A stretch of DNA of 64,000 bases from Gammaproteobacteria bacterium (GCA_965217605.1 CBDCJB010000004.1:8015-72014); one strand, 5' to 3'; positions 51,682 through 63,540 are shown, numbered from the stretch's first letter. Notes: generated by a model not told the origin, from the sequence alone. Made by a program: numbers and translations.

Positions 51682-52056
51682 ATGAGACAGAAATCAATGA
51701 GCAAGAACGACCCGGCGGAGAGAATGGTTCGGGATATTCGCCGCAAGACACGCAAGCAGTATACGGCTGAGGAGAAGATCCGGATCGTGGTGTCGGGCCT
51801 GCGCGGCGAGGAGAGCATCGCCGCCTTGTGCCGCCGCGAGGGCATCGCCGAGGGTCTGTATTACAGCGGGTCGAAAGAGTTTTTGGAAGCGGGCAAGAAG
51901 CGGCTCGCCGGCGACACCGGGCGCCAAGCGACCTCGGGCGAGGTTAAAGGCCTGCGCCAGGAGATGCGCGACTTGAAGGAATTGGTCGCCGAACTTTCGC
52001 TGGAGAACCGGCTTCTCAAAAAAAACATGATCGGGCATGGGGGAGGTGAGGAATGA
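51682..52056 (+). CDS. IS3-family OrfA (divergent paralog, ~65% identical to 50923-51297)
   Basis: ...EEKIRIVVSGLRGEESIAALCRREGIAEGLYYSGSKEFLEAGKKRLAGD... Confidence 0.85.
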   Translation: MRQKSMSKNDPAERMVRDIRRKTRKQYTAEEKIRIVVSGLRGEESIAALCRREGIAEGLYYSGSKEFLEAGKKRLAGDTGRQATSGEVKGLRQEMRDLKELVAELSLENRLLKKNMIGHGGGEE

Positions 52057-52545
52057 GGTATCCCGCATCCGAGAAGCTGGAGATCATCCGCCTGGTCGAG
52101 CAGTCCCACCTGGGCGTCGGGTCCACTTTGGACAAGCTGGGCATTCCGAAGACCACCTTCTATCGCTGGTACGATCGCTTTCTGGCCTTTGGCGACGCCG
52201 GTCTTGAGGATCGCAACAGCAGCCCAGGCCGGGTGTGGAACCGTATCCCGGATGATGTCCGGGGGCAGATCATCGATCTTGCCCTGGAGGAGACGCAACT
52301 GTCGCCCCGGGAACTGGCCGTCAGGTTTACGGACACCAGGGGCTACTTTGTCTCGGAAGCCTCGGTTTACCGGCTTCTCAAGGCCCACGACCTGATCACC
52401 AGCCCCGCTTTCGTGGTCATCAAGGCAACCGATGAGTTCCGCAACAAGACCACGGCGCCGAACCAGCTGTGGCAGACCGACTTCACCTATCTCAAGGTCA
52501 TCGGCTGGGGCTGGTTTTACCTGTCGACCATCCTGGACGACTATT
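52053..52545 (+). pseudogene. IS3-family OrfB, truncated after ~165 aa
   Basis: Matches OrfB through [23 protein letters not shown], then reads into the guaA 3' end. Confidence 0.75.
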
Positions 52546-54139
52546 CCCATTCGATGGTGGCCGGCGGTTTACCGGAAATGTCGTATGTGACCCGTGACAC
52601 ACCTTCGATCTCGTTGATGATCCGCCGCGAGACGAGATCCAGAAAATCGTAGGGCAGATGGGCCCACTGCGCGGTCATGAAGTCGATCGTTTCCACGGCG
52701 CGCAACGCGACCACGTATTCGTAGCGCCGGGCGTCGCCTTGTACGCCGACCGATCGAACCGGCAGGAACACGGCGAACGCCTGGCTGACTTGGTCGTACA
52801 ACCCGTGTCCGCGCAGTTCCTCGAGAAAGATCGCGTCCGCGCGGCGTAAGCAATCCGCGTATTCGCGCTTGATCTCACCGAGGATGCGCACCCCCAGCCC
52901 GGGCCCCGGGAAGGGATGCCGGTAGACGATCTCGCGCGGCAGGCCGAGCGCGAGCCCGATTTGCCGGACTTCGTCTTTAAACAACTCGCGCAGCGGTTCC
53001 ACCAGCGCGAGCTTCATGCGCGCGGGCAGACCGCCAACGTTATGATGGGATTTGATCACATGCGCCTTGCCGGTTGCCGCACCCGCGGATTCGATCACGT
53101 CGGGATAGATCGTGCCTTGGGCGAGCCAGCGAATATTCGTCAGTTGTTGAGCTTCGAGTTCGAATACCTCGATGAATGTCCGACCGATGATCTTGCGTTT
53201 CTCTTCCGGATCGTCAACGCCATGCAAAGCGCCGAGGAACTGTTCCGACGCATCGACGTGCCGCACGTCGAGCCGCATAGCTTGCGAGAATGTCGCCATA
53301 ACTTCGCGCGCTTCATTCAGGCGCAGTAGACCGTTGTCGACGAAGACGCAGCTTAGACGGTCGCCGATCGCCTGGTGTAAAAGCGCGGCAACGACCGAGG
53401 AATCAACACCGCCTGAGAGCGCGAGCAGCACCCGGTCTTTGCCGACCTGCGCGCGGATGCGGGCGATGCCGTCGATGATGATGTTATCCGGATTCCAAAG
53501 TGTTCCGCAGTCGCAGATCTCGTGTACAAAGCGGGTGAGTATCGCCTGCCCCTGCGGCGTATGCGTCACCTCGGGGTGAAACTGTACGCCGTAAAAACGA
53601 CGCGTCTCGTCGGCAATGGCAGCGATCGGCGCATTGTCCGACGACGCGATGCACTTGAATCCTTGGGGAAGCCCAGTGACGTGATCGCCATGGCTCATCC
53701 AGACGTCTAGCAAGCCGTGCCCCGCATCATTGCTTGCGTCCTGAATATCACGCAGCAAACTCGAATGTCCCCGTGCACGGACGCGCGCGTAGCCGAATTC
53801 ACGCTCACTCGATGCCTCCACCTTGCCGCCGAGTTGCATCGCCATCGTCTGCATGCCGTAACAGATCCCCAGCACCGGCACGCCGAGTTCGAACACGCAT
53901 GGCGGTGCACGAAAATCCGCGTTGTCAGTTACGGACTCCGGTCCGCCGGAAAGGATGATGCCGTTGGGAGAAAATTTGCGGATCGCGGCTGCATCGAGAT
54001 CGTAGGGCCGTATTTCACAATAGACCTGTGCTTCGCGTACGCGCCGCGCGATGAGTTGGGTATATTGCGCACCGAAATCGAGGATGAGGATCCGATCGGC
54101 GTGGAGGTCAAGACCGGCGGCTTGAGGCTCCGACTTAAT
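52541..54139 (-). CDS. guaA: GMP synthase (glutamine-hydrolysing); no canonical start codon; 5' end uncertain
   Basis: The conserved GATase N-terminus (...[21 protein letters not shown]...[11 protein letters not shown]...) is in frame upstream of the first ATG (53896). No ATG/GTG/TTG/CTG lies between an upstream in-frame stop and RILILDF. The only candidates are ATT codons, one overlapping the guaB stop at 54139. Confidence 0.8.
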   Translation of the reverse strand: MKSEPQAAGLDLHADRILILDFGAQYTQLIARRVREAQVYCEIRPYDLDAAAIRKFSPNGIILSGGPESVTDNADFRAPPCVFELGVPVLGICYGMQTMAMQLGGKVEASSEREFGYARVRARGHSSLLRDIQDASNDAGHGLLDVWMSHGDHVTGLPQGFKCIASSDNAPIAAIADETRRFYGVQFHPEVTHTPQGQAILTRFVHEICDCGTLWNPDNIIIDGIARIRAQVGKDRVLLALSGGVDSSVVAALLHQAIGDRLSCVFVDNGLLRLNEAREVMATFSQAMRLDVRHVDASEQFLGALHGVDDPEEKRKIIGRTFIEVFELEAQQLTNIRWLAQGTIYPDVIESAGAATGKAHVIKSHHNVGGLPARMKLALVEPLRELFKDEVRQIGLALGLPREIVYRHPFPGPGLGVRILGEIKREYADCLRRADAIFLEELRGHGLYDQVSQAFAVFLPVRSVGVQGDARRYEYVVALRAVETIDFMTAQWAHLPYDFLDLVSRRIINEIEGVSRVTYDISGKPPATIEWE

Positions 54140-55598
54140 CGAGGCGGTAATTGGGCGCCTCTTTAGTGATGTGAACGTCGTGTGCGTGGCTTTCGCGCAT
54201 ACCCGCCGCGGTCACGCGCAGAAATTTCGGTTTGCTGCGGAATTCATCGATGTCGCGACAGCCGGTGTAGCCCATCGCGGCGCGCACGCCGCCGACCATC
54301 TGATGCACGATGACACTCATCGGTCCCTTGTAGGGCACCCGTCCTTCGATTCCTTCAGGCACGAGCTTTTCGATCTCACCGCTTTCCTGAAAGTACCGAT
54401 CCGACGATCCGTGCTGTTGCGCCATCGCACCCAGCGATCCCATGCCACGGTACGATTTGTATGAGCGGCCCTGGTACAACTCCACTTCGCCCGGCGCCTC
54501 TTCTGTACCAGCAAAGAGCGATCCCAACATCACGCTATGCGCACCCGCCACGAGGACTTTAGCGACGTCGCCCGAATAGCGGATGCCCCCATCCGAGATC
54601 AAGGGCACTCCGGTACCTTCAACTTGTTTCGCGACGACGGAGACCGCGGTGATCTGGGGCACACCGATACCCGTCACGATGCGCGTCGTACAGATCGAGC
54701 CCGGCCCAATGCCGACCTTGACTGCGTCAACGCCCGCCCCGATCAGGGCCTCGGCGGCTTCAGCCGTCGCGATATTGCCGCCGATGACTTGGGCATCGCG
54801 ATACTGCTCCTTGATCCACTTGACAGTGTTCAACACCCCCAATGAATGGCCGTGTGCCGTATCCACGACGATCACGTCGGCGCCGGCTTCCACCAAGGCT
54901 TCGACGCGTGCATGCGTACCTTCGCCGACGCCGACCGCGGCGCCCACGCGTAAGCGTTCATGGGAATCCTTGCAAGCGTCGGGGAATTCCGCGGCTTTCT
55001 GAATGTCCTTTACCGTGATCATCCCGCGCAGTTCAAACTCGCCGTTCACGACCAGTAATTTTTCGATGCGGTGACGGTGCAGAAGGGCGATGACCTCTTC
55101 TTGATCGGCATCTTCCCTGACCGTCACGAGCCGCTCTTGCGGTGTCATGATTTCACTGACCGGGGCGTCGAAACGCCGCTCGAATCGCAGGTCGCGACTG
55201 GTGACTATACCGACGACTTGATTATCGTCGACAACCGGTACACCGGAGATGCCACGCGCACGGGTCAACTGCACGACTTCCCCGATGCTGACATTCGGAT
55301 CGATGGTGATCGGATCCCGGATCACTCCGCTTTCGAATTTTTTCACTGTGCGGACTTGAGCCGCTTGATCTTCGGGGCTCATATTCTTGTGAATAATGCC
55401 GATCCCACCTTCTTGCGCCAGCGCGATTGCGAGGCGCGCTTCGGTGACGGTGTCCATCGCCGCGGACAACAGGGGGATGTTGAGATCGATGTCTCGCGTC
55501 AACTGGGTTTTGAGATCTGCGTCCCGTGGGAGGACATCCGAGTAGTCGGGGACCAGAAGAACGTCATCGAAAGTCAGTCCGTCGGCGTCGACGCGCAT
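54135..55598 (-). CDS. guaB: IMP dehydrogenase
   Basis: [17 protein letters not shown]..., CBS pair, catalytic [11 protein letters not shown] loop. Confidence 0.9.
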   Translation of the reverse strand: MRVDADGLTFDDVLLVPDYSDVLPRDADLKTQLTRDIDLNIPLLSAAMDTVTEARLAIALAQEGGIGIIHKNMSPEDQAAQVRTVKKFESGVIRDPITIDPNVSIGEVVQLTRARGISGVPVVDDNQVVGIVTSRDLRFERRFDAPVSEIMTPQERLVTVREDADQEEVIALLHRHRIEKLLVVNGEFELRGMITVKDIQKAAEFPDACKDSHERLRVGAAVGVGEGTHARVEALVEAGADVIVVDTAHGHSLGVLNTVKWIKEQYRDAQVIGGNIATAEAAEALIGAGVDAVKVGIGPGSICTTRIVTGIGVPQITAVSVVAKQVEGTGVPLISDGGIRYSGDVAKVLVAGAHSVMLGSLFAGTEEAPGEVELYQGRSYKSYRGMGSLGAMAQQHGSSDRYFQESGEIEKLVPEGIEGRVPYKGPMSVIVHQMVGGVRAAMGYTGCRDIDEFRSKPKFLRVTAAGMRESHAHDVHITKEAPNYRLD

Positions 55599-55660
55599 GG
55601 ATGCGGGACATCCCGTAAAATGTAAGCGGACAATTATAAGGTTTCGGTACCCACGGGTAA

Positions 55661-56989
55661 ATGTCACGAGACATCTATACGGTCTCGCGTCTCAACGACG
55701 AAGCGCGCGCGCTACTCGAACACGAGTTTGGAACGATCTGGGTGGAAGGTGAGGTCTCCAACCTCGCCCGGCCATCATCCGGCCATATCTATTTTTCGCT
55801 CAAAGACACGAGCGCCTCTGTGCGTTGCGCGATGTTTCGCAGCCGTAATACGCACCTCGGCTTCGACGTGCGCGACGGTCTTCAGGTCGTTGCCCATGGT
55901 CGCGTAAGTCTCTACGCCGCGCGCGGCGATTTTCAGATCATCGCCGATTCACTCGAGCCGGCGGGCGAAGGATTGTTGCGGCTCAAGTTCGAGCAGATGA
56001 AACGCAAACTCAATGAAGAAGGCCTTTTCGACGCCGAGCATAAGCGGACTTTACCTTATTGGCCGCGTGCCATCGGCGTCGTGAGCTCGATAACAGGGGC
56101 TGCGTTGCGGGACATATTGAACGTACTCGAGCGGCGGTGCCCGGCGATCCCCGTAGTCGTTTACCCGACCCCGGTACAAGGTGAAGGCGCCGCGGATCAA
56201 ATCGTCCGAGCGATCGAGAACGCCTCGCGGCGGCAGGACTGCGATGTCCTCATCGTGGGCCGTGGAGGCGGCTCCCTGGAAGACCTGTGGGCGTTCAACG
56301 AAGAGCGCGTTGCCCGCGCTATTCACGCCGCATCCGTGCCGGTCGTGAGCGCGGTGGGCCATGAGATCGATTTTACGATCGCCGATCTCGTCGCCGACGC
56401 GCGCGCGCCGACGCCATCGGCAGCCGCAGAGTTGGTATCGCCCGACCTGCTGGAAGTCAACGCCACGATCCTGAATCTAGGTCGCCGTCTCGCTACGAGC
56501 ATGACGTCGACCTTAAGCGCCCGCCATGCCGAGCTCAGACAGCTGATGCAAGGCCTTATATCACCACGCCGCCGCCTCGAGTCGCACTTTCAGCGTCTGG
56601 ATGAGTTGACTCAGCGTTTACCGCTTGCCCTCGGCACGCGCCTCGAACTCCATCGCATGGGGTTGCAGACGCTTTTATCGCGCGTCCATGCCGAATCGCC
56701 GCGATCACGCATCGACGGGTTATGGCGCGACGTAAGCTTCGTCCGTCAGCGCCTCACGGCCGCGATCAGGCTGAACCTTGTCGAACGCGCCCAGACGCTC
56801 GCCCGCTTCCGGGACGTTCTCCGCGCCGTTGGTCCCACGGCCACGCTCGAGCGCGGCTATGCCATCGTCACCGACAGCGCAGACCGTATTGTCACCGATG
56901 CCAGTCAATTGAAACCGCGAGACGCCGTCACGACACGACTCGCACGGGGTCGATTCAAGAGTTCGGTCCAATCGATCGACAAAGAATGA
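55661..56989 (+). CDS. xseA: exodeoxyribonuclease VII large subunit
   Basis: OB-fold N-terminus plus catalytic domain, 442 aa. Confidence 0.9.
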   Translation: MSRDIYTVSRLNDEARALLEHEFGTIWVEGEVSNLARPSSGHIYFSLKDTSASVRCAMFRSRNTHLGFDVRDGLQVVAHGRVSLYAARGDFQIIADSLEPAGEGLLRLKFEQMKRKLNEEGLFDAEHKRTLPYWPRAIGVVSSITGAALRDILNVLERRCPAIPVVVYPTPVQGEGAADQIVRAIENASRRQDCDVLIVGRGGGSLEDLWAFNEERVARAIHAASVPVVSAVGHEIDFTIADLVADARAPTPSAAAELVSPDLLEVNATILNLGRRLATSMTSTLSARHAELRQLMQGLISPRRRLESHFQRLDELTQRLPLALGTRLELHRMGLQTLLSRVHAESPRSRIDGLWRDVSFVRQRLTAAIRLNLVERAQTLARFRDVLRAVGPTATLERGYAIVTDSADRIVTDASQLKPRDAVTTRLARGRFKSSVQSIDKE

Positions 56990-57745
56990 TCACTGCGGCA
57001 ATGCGTACCAGAGTCCCGCGAGGTACTCATAAATCGCATAATGCGTACCGGAAAATCCGTCATAGGTCGGGAGGAAATCGCGTAAGACATAATCCGGCTG
57101 CTGCTCCGAAACGAACCCGAGCGGCGCGGGAACCACGTTAAATCCGACCGCTTGGAATACGCGCACCGCTCTTGGCATGTGCATCGCATGCGTAACGAGG
57201 ATGATGGTATCGAAGGCGAACCGCGCGCGGGTCATCTGTGCGTTCTCCAGGGTGTTTCGGCTTTCGGTTTCGGCCCAGCGCACGGTTACGCCGAAATCCG
57301 TTTCCAAGGCCGTTCGCATCAGACCCGCTTCGGGCTCTTCTGGATGGCGTGGGGTCCCGCCGGTCACCGCGATGTCGATACCCGTGGCGCGATGCACGCG
57401 GGCGCCGTAACGCAGGCGTTCCAGAGTCAGGCGGGAGACCGCGTCGGAGCCCCCGAATTCCACAGCTCCGCGGTAATTACCGCCACCGAGGATGACGATC
57501 GCGTCCGCCTTTTTCGAGGCGAATCGCTCGATTTCCAGCGGTGGGAAATACTCGAATGAGCGGGCGAACCACCTCGCCGTAACGGGCATGGACAACAGCC
57601 ACATGGAAGCGACGGCAATGCCGAGCAAGGTCAGGCCGAGGCGCCGCCTTCGCCCGTACAAAAAGAGCCCGAGCAGGCCGACCGCAGCCGGCGCACCCGG
57701 CGGCACAACGAGCGCCTTGATGACGATATAGAGGTAACTGCCCAA
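56990..57745 (-). CDS. DUF218 (ElyC/SanA/YdcF-family) envelope biogenesis protein; TTG start proposed just after the lipA stop
   Basis: Two N-terminal TM helices then DUF218: ...AIVILGGG...LVTHAMHMPRAV... The ORF-track N-terminus overlaps lipA and is not credible. Confidence 0.55.
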   Translation of the reverse strand: MGSYLYIVIKALVVPPGAPAAVGLLGLFLYGRRRRLGLTLLGIAVASMWLLSMPVTARWFARSFEYFPPLEIERFASKKADAIVILGGGNYRGAVEFGGSDAVSRLTLERLRYGARVHRATGIDIAVTGGTPRHPEEPEAGLMRTALETDFGVTVRWAETESRNTLENAQMTRARFAFDTIILVTHAMHMPRAVRVFQAVGFNVVPAPLGFVSEQQPDYVLRDFLPTYDGFSGTHYAIYEYLAGLWYALPQ

Positions 57746-57762
57746 GGGGCGGCCGAACGGGC

Positions 57763-58722
57763 CTAGTTCACACCCTGCCCGGCCGCCTGCAGATCCGCGT
57801 GATAGGACGACCTCACCAGCGGCCCGCTCGCGATATTGCTGAAGCCCAGCGACCGTCCGAATGCCGCCAGCGCCTCGAATTCGGCAGGTGGTACGAATCG
57901 CGCGACCGGAAGATGAGCACGGCTCGGCTGGAGATACTGGCCGAGGGTCACCATGTCGCAATCGTGCCGGCGAAGATCGCCCAATACCGCCTTTACTTCG
58001 TCGATCGTTTCGCCGAGTCCCAGCATTAATCCCGATTTCGTCGGGATCTCCGGTGCTTGGCCCTTGAACTTACCGATGAGATCCAACGACCACGCATAGT
58101 CCGCGCCGGGACGCACTTTGGTATACAGCGCGGGTACGGTTTCCAGATTGTGATTAAAGATGTCCGGCGGCGCGCGCAAGAGCGCCTCCAGAGCCTTGTT
58201 CATGCGTCCGCGAAAATCGGGAACCAGGATCTCGATGCGGATCGCGCCGGCGCGTTTGCGTACCGCGTGTACGCAATCCGCGAAGTGTGCCGCGCCACCG
58301 TCCAGCAGATCGTCTCGATCCACCGAGGTTATGACGACATATTTCAGGTCCATGCGCGCGACGGCATTGGCTACGTGTTCGGGCTCGGTCGGGTCGAGCG
58401 GTTGCGGGCGGCCGTGCGCAACATCACAAAACGGGCAACGCCGCGTGCAGAGATCGCCCATGATCATGAAGGTTGCCGTGCCGTGTGAGAAACATTCGCC
58501 CAGGTTTGGACACGATGCTTCTTCGCAAACCGTGTTGAGCCCTTCGTCACGCAACAACTTTTTGAGCTCGATCACGCGCGGATCGGTGGGCGCACGCGCT
58601 TTCAGCCATGGGGGTTTGCGCTGTCGCGCGCCCGTCTCCGCCACGACTTTGATCGGTATGCGGGAAACTTTGTCAGCGCCTCGCTGCGCGCGTGTCGGCT
58701 TTGTCTTTACGTGTGCAGCCAC
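57763..58722 (-). CDS. lipA: lipoyl synthase
   Basis: [12 protein letters not shown] and CTRRCPFC radical-SAM cysteine clusters. Confidence 0.95.
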   Translation of the reverse strand: MAAHVKTKPTRAQRGADKVSRIPIKVVAETGARQRKPPWLKARAPTDPRVIELKKLLRDEGLNTVCEEASCPNLGECFSHGTATFMIMGDLCTRRCPFCDVAHGRPQPLDPTEPEHVANAVARMDLKYVVITSVDRDDLLDGGAAHFADCVHAVRKRAGAIRIEILVPDFRGRMNKALEALLRAPPDIFNHNLETVPALYTKVRPGADYAWSLDLIGKFKGQAPEIPTKSGLMLGLGETIDEVKAVLGDLRRHDCDMVTLGQYLQPSRAHLPVARFVPPAEFEALAAFGRSLGFSNIASGPLVRSSYHADLQAAGQGVN

Positions 58723-58731
58723 GATCGCGAA

Positions 58732-59433
58732 TCACGCCTCGGCGGGGCTGGTCTGGGCAAACGCGTCCCGATCCTGCCGCAAGGTGATCGGGGCGCCGTC
58801 GAAAAGGCTATTCGCCAGTATGGGCACGAGGTCCGACATGACGTCTGCGCAAGCCGTTGGCCCGCCGTGCGCTGACAATTCCGTCACGGTCAGTCCCGCG
58901 TAGCCGCAAGGATTAATACGGGTAAACGGTTCGAGGTCCATGGCAACGTTCAACGCCAGTCCGTGGTAACTGCAGCCGTTGCGAATGCGCAAGCCGAGCG
59001 CCGCTATTTTCGCTCCGGCGACGTACACGCCGGGCGCGCCCTGTACCTGCTCGCCTCGGATCCCATAGCCCGCCAGATAGGCGATGACCCCGCGTTCTAA
59101 CCGGCGCACGAGTGTGCGCGGACCGATGCCGAGCCGTTTGACGTCCAACAACACATACACGACCAACTGACCGGGGCCGTGGTAGGTCACCTGGCCGCCG
59201 CGATCGCTTTCGACGACGGGGATCTCACCCGGCTCCAGCACGTGCTCGCTCTTGCCGGCGCGACCTTGCGTAAAGACGGGCGGATGCTGAACGGCCCAGA
59301 GTTCATCCGCCGTCGCGGGCGTACGCAGGCGGGTGAAATCCTGCATCGCGCGCCATACACGCTCATAATTCACTGCGCCTAAGTCGCGCCACAGAACGTT
59401 CATAACACCATCAAGATGCGCTCGTGGCGGCAT
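58732..59433 (-). CDS. lipB: octanoyltransferase LipB
   Basis: ...[12 protein letters not shown]...[16 protein letters not shown]... Confidence 0.9.
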   Translation of the reverse strand: MPPRAHLDGVMNVLWRDLGAVNYERVWRAMQDFTRLRTPATADELWAVQHPPVFTQGRAGKSEHVLEPGEIPVVESDRGGQVTYHGPGQLVVYVLLDVKRLGIGPRTLVRRLERGVIAYLAGYGIRGEQVQGAPGVYVAGAKIAALGLRIRNGCSYHGLALNVAMDLEPFTRINPCGYAGLTVTELSAHGGPTACADVMSDLVPILANSLFDGAPITLRQDRDAFAQTSPAEA

Positions 59434-59696
59434 AGCTCCATGTAGATGCCGTCGAGCTGCGCTTGAGATTGCGCCTGTATGGTCACGGTAATCGATACAT
59501 ATTTGCCGTTGCGGCTCTGTTTGGCGCTGATCGCGCCCTCGCGCAGGTCATCGACGTGTTTGCGCACGATGGCGACGACCAGTGCGTCGAAATCATCGGT
59601 CTTGAGCCCCATCACTTTTAGCGGAAAATCGCAGGGAAACTCCAGCAGGGATTCGGTTGGCTGCGCCACCGCGCGGCCCAATTTTTCTGCGCTCAT
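59400..59696 (-). CDS. ybeD: YbeD/UPF0250 (DUF493) family protein
   Basis: [14 protein letters not shown]... Conserved lipB-ybeD synteny. Confidence 0.8.
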   Translation of the reverse strand: MSAEKLGRAVAQPTESLLEFPCDFPLKVMGLKTDDFDALVVAIVRKHVDDLREGAISAKQSRNGKYVSITVTIQAQSQAQLDGIYMELCRHERILMVL

Positions 59697-59903
59697 CGGC
59701 GATATTGTAACGTGCGCCTACAGTTTCAACGGGTCGGGGCCGCTACATAGGGGCATCAGGGCATTTTCGCATAAGTAATTGATTTCGAAAGAGCATGACG
59801 ACATTTCTAAGAGTTTACTTTAAATATAAGCTCTAATGTGCCAGAATTAGGCAATGATTGGCGCCCGCGCCGATATGCCTGTGAAACGAAGGGGACTCAC
59901 GGG

Positions 59904-60059
59904 ATGGAAGACATCCTCATAGCGCTTTACTACGTCGCGGCGATCGTCGTCATCGTCATGCACTACATCGGGTGGCTCGAAGACCGCGGTCTGGAATGGA
60001 TCGTATACGTCGTCGCGGTCTTGCTCTTTCCGATGCTGTATTTCGCCTATATTCCCTAA
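59904..60059 (+). CDS. possible small two-TM membrane protein (51 aa)
   Basis: Hydrophobic ORF with a weak RBS. Confidence 0.2.
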   Translation: MEDILIALYYVAAIVVIVMHYIGWLEDRGLEWIVYVVAVLLFPMLYFAYIP

Positions 60060-60071
60060 CCCTACCGGCCC

Positions 60072-60590
60072 TCAGCCCTGCAGCGCTTTGGGGCGCTGAT
60101 GCGCGGTAATGCGTGCGCAGCGTGGTTGCAGCATATCGAACCGCCGGCCCGTTTCTAATACGAATAATCCCGCGGTCGGAACACGCTTGTTGAAAGCAGC
60201 CGCAGGCGGCCATTCGTCGACGAGGAAATCGAGGAGGTCTTCCAAGCCCGGATTGTGGCCGAGCAGCATGAGGTCACGCCGTCGCTTTTGGGCCTTCAAG
60301 ACCGCCAAAATTGACTCGAGCGAGCTGTGATACAACTCATCGATCCATTCCGTACGAACCTCTAGATCGGTAGCTGCGCCCTCTGCGAGGAGGCGCAGCG
60401 TCTCGCGGGTCCGGCGCGCTGGTGAGCTCACGATCCATTCCGGCAGGATCGCTTCTGCCGCCATCCATTGCCCCATGCGGCGTGCGTCGGCTAAGCCGCG
60501 CTCCGACAAGGGTCGCAAGAAATCCTCCGGTGCGCCGCTATACCAATCAGATTTAGCGTGACGCATGACCACTAATCGGGAACTGCCCAT
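60072..60590 (-). CDS. sixA: histidine phosphatase family protein (SixA-like phosphohistidine phosphatase)
   Basis: N-terminal RHAKS catalytic motif (LVVMRHAKSDW...), ~170 aa. Confidence 0.6.
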   Translation of the reverse strand: MGSSRLVVMRHAKSDWYSGAPEDFLRPLSERGLADARRMGQWMAAEAILPEWIVSSPARRTRETLRLLAEGAATDLEVRTEWIDELYHSSLESILAVLKAQKRRRDLMLLGHNPGLEDLLDFLVDEWPPAAAFNKRVPTAGLFVLETGRRFDMLQPRCARITAHQRPKALQG

Positions 60591-60607
60591 AGCCTATATA
60601 TCACCAC

Positions 60608-61525
60608 ATGAAACCCGAATTTGCAGTGCCGGAGCAACGCGCCGATTCCAGCGGGCAAACCCATGAGATCACGCTCGACCTCGCGGAGCTTGCCGGTATC
60701 AGCCGCAGCGACAAAGTCGAGGTTCAGGGTCTGGTCAATCGCACCATCGATCTCTTTGACCACACGCTCGACTTGGTCCAGACCATCGAATCGAGTCCCG
60801 ACGCGCCTGAATCTCCACTGGCCGCAGTACGCTTCATTCCTCAGGAAAAAGACCTCCGGTCACGCTTTAAGTTCGCGGAAGCACTGGGTAGTTATTCGAC
60901 TCTAAACAGTCTGCTGGATCGTTACGCGCCCGCTTACCAGCTTACGCGCGCGCTCGAGGAATCTTCAATCGTTGCGGAAATCTCCGCACCCGAGATCCGG
61001 ATGCTGGAAGAATACCGCGATCAGATCGAGCTCGCCTTGAACCACGCGAGCGAACATCTAACCGCACATGCGATGTGCGAGTTTTCATCGGATGAATTAC
61101 AGGAACTCAATGCCATATTGCGTGAAGCGCGTGACCGCTTCCGCGCGATCGAAACCGTGCTCGGCATGCGTCTTATCTACGATGTCGAGCAATCCCTCCA
61201 AACGCTTTACGACCTTCGCGAAAAGATCCAGACCGTGCAGCGCACGATTTCCGGCATTTTCATCGTCGACAGCGAGATCATGTTCATGCCCGCGAATGAC
61301 CTGATCAGAATTGTGGATGGTATCTTCAAGGCCATCGGCAATCCGTTTGTCGTGGAACACATCGACGGTACCATGCTACTAGCCGCAAGAAACCTCCTTA
61401 TTCAGGTCGTTTCTTTCTACTCCTATTACGGTCGTGAACAGATATATCGCGTGTTCGAAAAAAGCCCGAGCAAAAATAGCGGCCTGTATGAGAAGCGAGA
61501 TCAAAACGCTGTTCGGGGCGTGTAA
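60608..61525 (+). CDS. hypothetical protein (305 aa). A downstream overlapping ORF (61434-61733) in another frame suggests a possible frameshift
   Basis: ORF only. Confidence 0.45.
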   Translation: MKPEFAVPEQRADSSGQTHEITLDLAELAGISRSDKVEVQGLVNRTIDLFDHTLDLVQTIESSPDAPESPLAAVRFIPQEKDLRSRFKFAEALGSYSTLNSLLDRYAPAYQLTRALEESSIVAEISAPEIRMLEEYRDQIELALNHASEHLTAHAMCEFSSDELQELNAILREARDRFRAIETVLGMRLIYDVEQSLQTLYDLREKIQTVQRTISGIFIVDSEIMFMPANDLIRIVDGIFKAIGNPFVVEHIDGTMLLAARNLLIQVVSFYSYYGREQIYRVFEKSPSKNSGLYEKRDQNAVRGV

Positions 61526-61816
61526 AGCGAACAACAAATTGGTGTTAACGCGTGTGATGGACAGCGCCGAGCGAGAATTCGAGCTGTCTGTCGAATCCCT
61601 TCAGACCGAAGCGACCAACCGGGCCATCGTCGCGGTCGAACGCCTGATGCCCGTGCAAACGATGATGCCAAAACCGCCACCGCGTACGATGATGCAACGA
61701 TTCAGGCGCTGGCTCTTCCGCTCCGCAGAATAGCGGCCTCGCGCGCGCTCGGAGCGCGATCAACGCGATTCCTTTTCGTGCTACATTCTGGCGCCCGCTG
61801 ATCGAGCCTCAGTTTC

Positions 61817-62731
61817 TTGAACGCTCTCGAAATCAAAGGATTGCGCAAAACTTACCGCAACGGCGTCGAGGCGTTACGCGGTATCGACCTGACGGTCCCC
61901 GCAGGTGATTTCTTCGCGCTGTTAGGCCCGAATGGCGCAGGAAAGTCGACCACTATCGGTATCATCAGTTCCCTGATCAACAAGTCCGCCGGTCTAGTGT
62001 CGATTTTCGGAATCGACATCGACTCCGACTTTCCGCGTGCGCGCTCGCATATCGGTCTCGTACCCCAGGAAATCAACTTTTCGCAGTTCGAAACGCCATA
62101 CGATATCGTCCTGAATCAAGCGGGCTATTACGGGATTCGCCGCCGGATCGCATACACGCGCGCAGAGAAATACCTGCGCCAACTCGATTTATGGGGCCGC
62201 CGCAATGGCGTGTCGCGCAACCTCTCCGGTGGCATGAAGAGACGGCTCATGATTGCACGCGCTTTGATCCACGAGCCTCGACTCTTGATTCTCGACGAAC
62301 CGACCGCTGGCGTCGATATCGAGATCCGTCGGCAAATGTGGAATTTCCTGATCGAGCTCAATGAATCTGGAACGACGATTATCCTGACTACGCACTACCT
62401 CGAAGAAGCGGAACAACTTTGCCGGAACATCGCCATTATCGACGGCGGTCTGATCATAGAGGATACGACGATGCGTGCATTGTTGACCCAACTGCATGTC
62501 GAGTCGTTTGTCCTCGATTGTGACGGCAGCCTCGATACGATCCCGACGTTGCAGGGATTTCCATTGTTGAAAGTGGATGATCACAGTCTCGAAGTGATCG
62601 TAGAAAAACATCAAAACCTCAATGACGTATTCGAGCAACTGTCGCATCACGGTATCGAGATCAAAAGTATGCGCAATAAGCGAAACCGTCTGGAAGAACT
62701 ATTCATCAAGCTGGTAGATAACAATGGTTAA
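61817..62731 (+). CDS. ABC transporter ATP-binding protein (ABC-2 type, YadG-like)
   Basis: Walker A GPNGAGKST, signature LSGGMKRR, Walker B ILDEPT. TTG start. Confidence 0.9.
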   Translation: MNALEIKGLRKTYRNGVEALRGIDLTVPAGDFFALLGPNGAGKSTTIGIISSLINKSAGLVSIFGIDIDSDFPRARSHIGLVPQEINFSQFETPYDIVLNQAGYYGIRRRIAYTRAEKYLRQLDLWGRRNGVSRNLSGGMKRRLMIARALIHEPRLLILDEPTAGVDIEIRRQMWNFLIELNESGTTIILTTHYLEEAEQLCRNIAIIDGGLIIEDTTMRALLTQLHVESFVLDCDGSLDTIPTLQGFPLLKVDDHSLEVIVEKHQNLNDVFEQLSHHGIEIKSMRNKRNRLEELFIKLVDNNG

Positions 62732-63494
62732 ATTGTATGCAGTCGCGTTTGCCACCATCGCTACCAAGGAAATCCATCGATTCTCGCGCATCTGGGTGCA
62801 GACGATCCTGCCGCCCGCGATAACCATGGGCCTGTATTTCGTCATATTCGGCAGCCTGATCGGCCCGCGCATCGGGCAGATGGGAGGGTTCACCTACATG
62901 CAATTTATTGCGCCCGGCATCATCATGATGGCGATCATTACGAATTCATATTCCAATGTCGTGACGTCGTTTTTTGGTGCTAAATTCCAACGGCATATCG
63001 AGGAAATCCTGATCGCGCCGGTGCCTAATGTTTTAATCGTGTTGGGTTGGGTTTGCGGTGGTGTCTGTCGCGGCGTTATCGTCGGCGCTTTAGTGACGGT
63101 AATCGCCTTATTTTTTACTGATCTACAAATAAATTCCTGGTTCGTGACCGTTGCGGTCGTCGTCTTGACGTCAGCGCTGTTTTCTTTAGGCGGACTCATC
63201 AACGCGATTTTTGCAAAGAAGTTTGACGACATCTCTATTGTGCCGACGTTCGTATTAACCCCGTTAACCTATTTAGGGGGCGTGTTCTATTCGATCGAAC
63301 TGTTGCCGGAGATCTGGCGCCAGATCTCGTTATTCAACCCGGTCCTGTACATGGTGAACGCCTTCCGATACGGGATCTTGGGCGTCAGTGACATCGAGAT
63401 CATCCCCGCCTTCGCCATCATCATCGCATTCATCATCGGGCTCGGTAGCCTGAGTGTAATACTGTTGCAGAAGGGTGTCGGCATCCGCACGTAA
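62724..63494 (+). CDS. ABC-2 family transporter permease (YadH-like, 6 TM)
   Basis: Coupled to the ATPase by an ATGA overlap. Hydrophobic profile. Confidence 0.85.
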   Translation: MVKLYAVAFATIATKEIHRFSRIWVQTILPPAITMGLYFVIFGSLIGPRIGQMGGFTYMQFIAPGIIMMAIITNSYSNVVTSFFGAKFQRHIEEILIAPVPNVLIVLGWVCGGVCRGVIVGALVTVIALFFTDLQINSWFVTVAVVVLTSALFSLGGLINAIFAKKFDDISIVPTFVLTPLTYLGGVFYSIELLPEIWRQISLFNPVLYMVNAFRYGILGVSDIEIIPAFAIIIAFIIGLGSLSVILLQKGVGIRT

Positions 63495-63540
63495 TCGCCA
63501 GGATTTATTTATACTCGAAGCCTCAAGACCACGGGAGGAC

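Larger units (their letters stand above)
51595..52545 (+). mobile_element. second, divergent IS3-family element (terminus TGTCTGACGTCAGCGCCTTTGGGACAAAT), 3'-truncated 4 bp from the guaA stop
   Basis: orfA is intact. orfB homology ends at ~52545. Confidence 0.75.
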
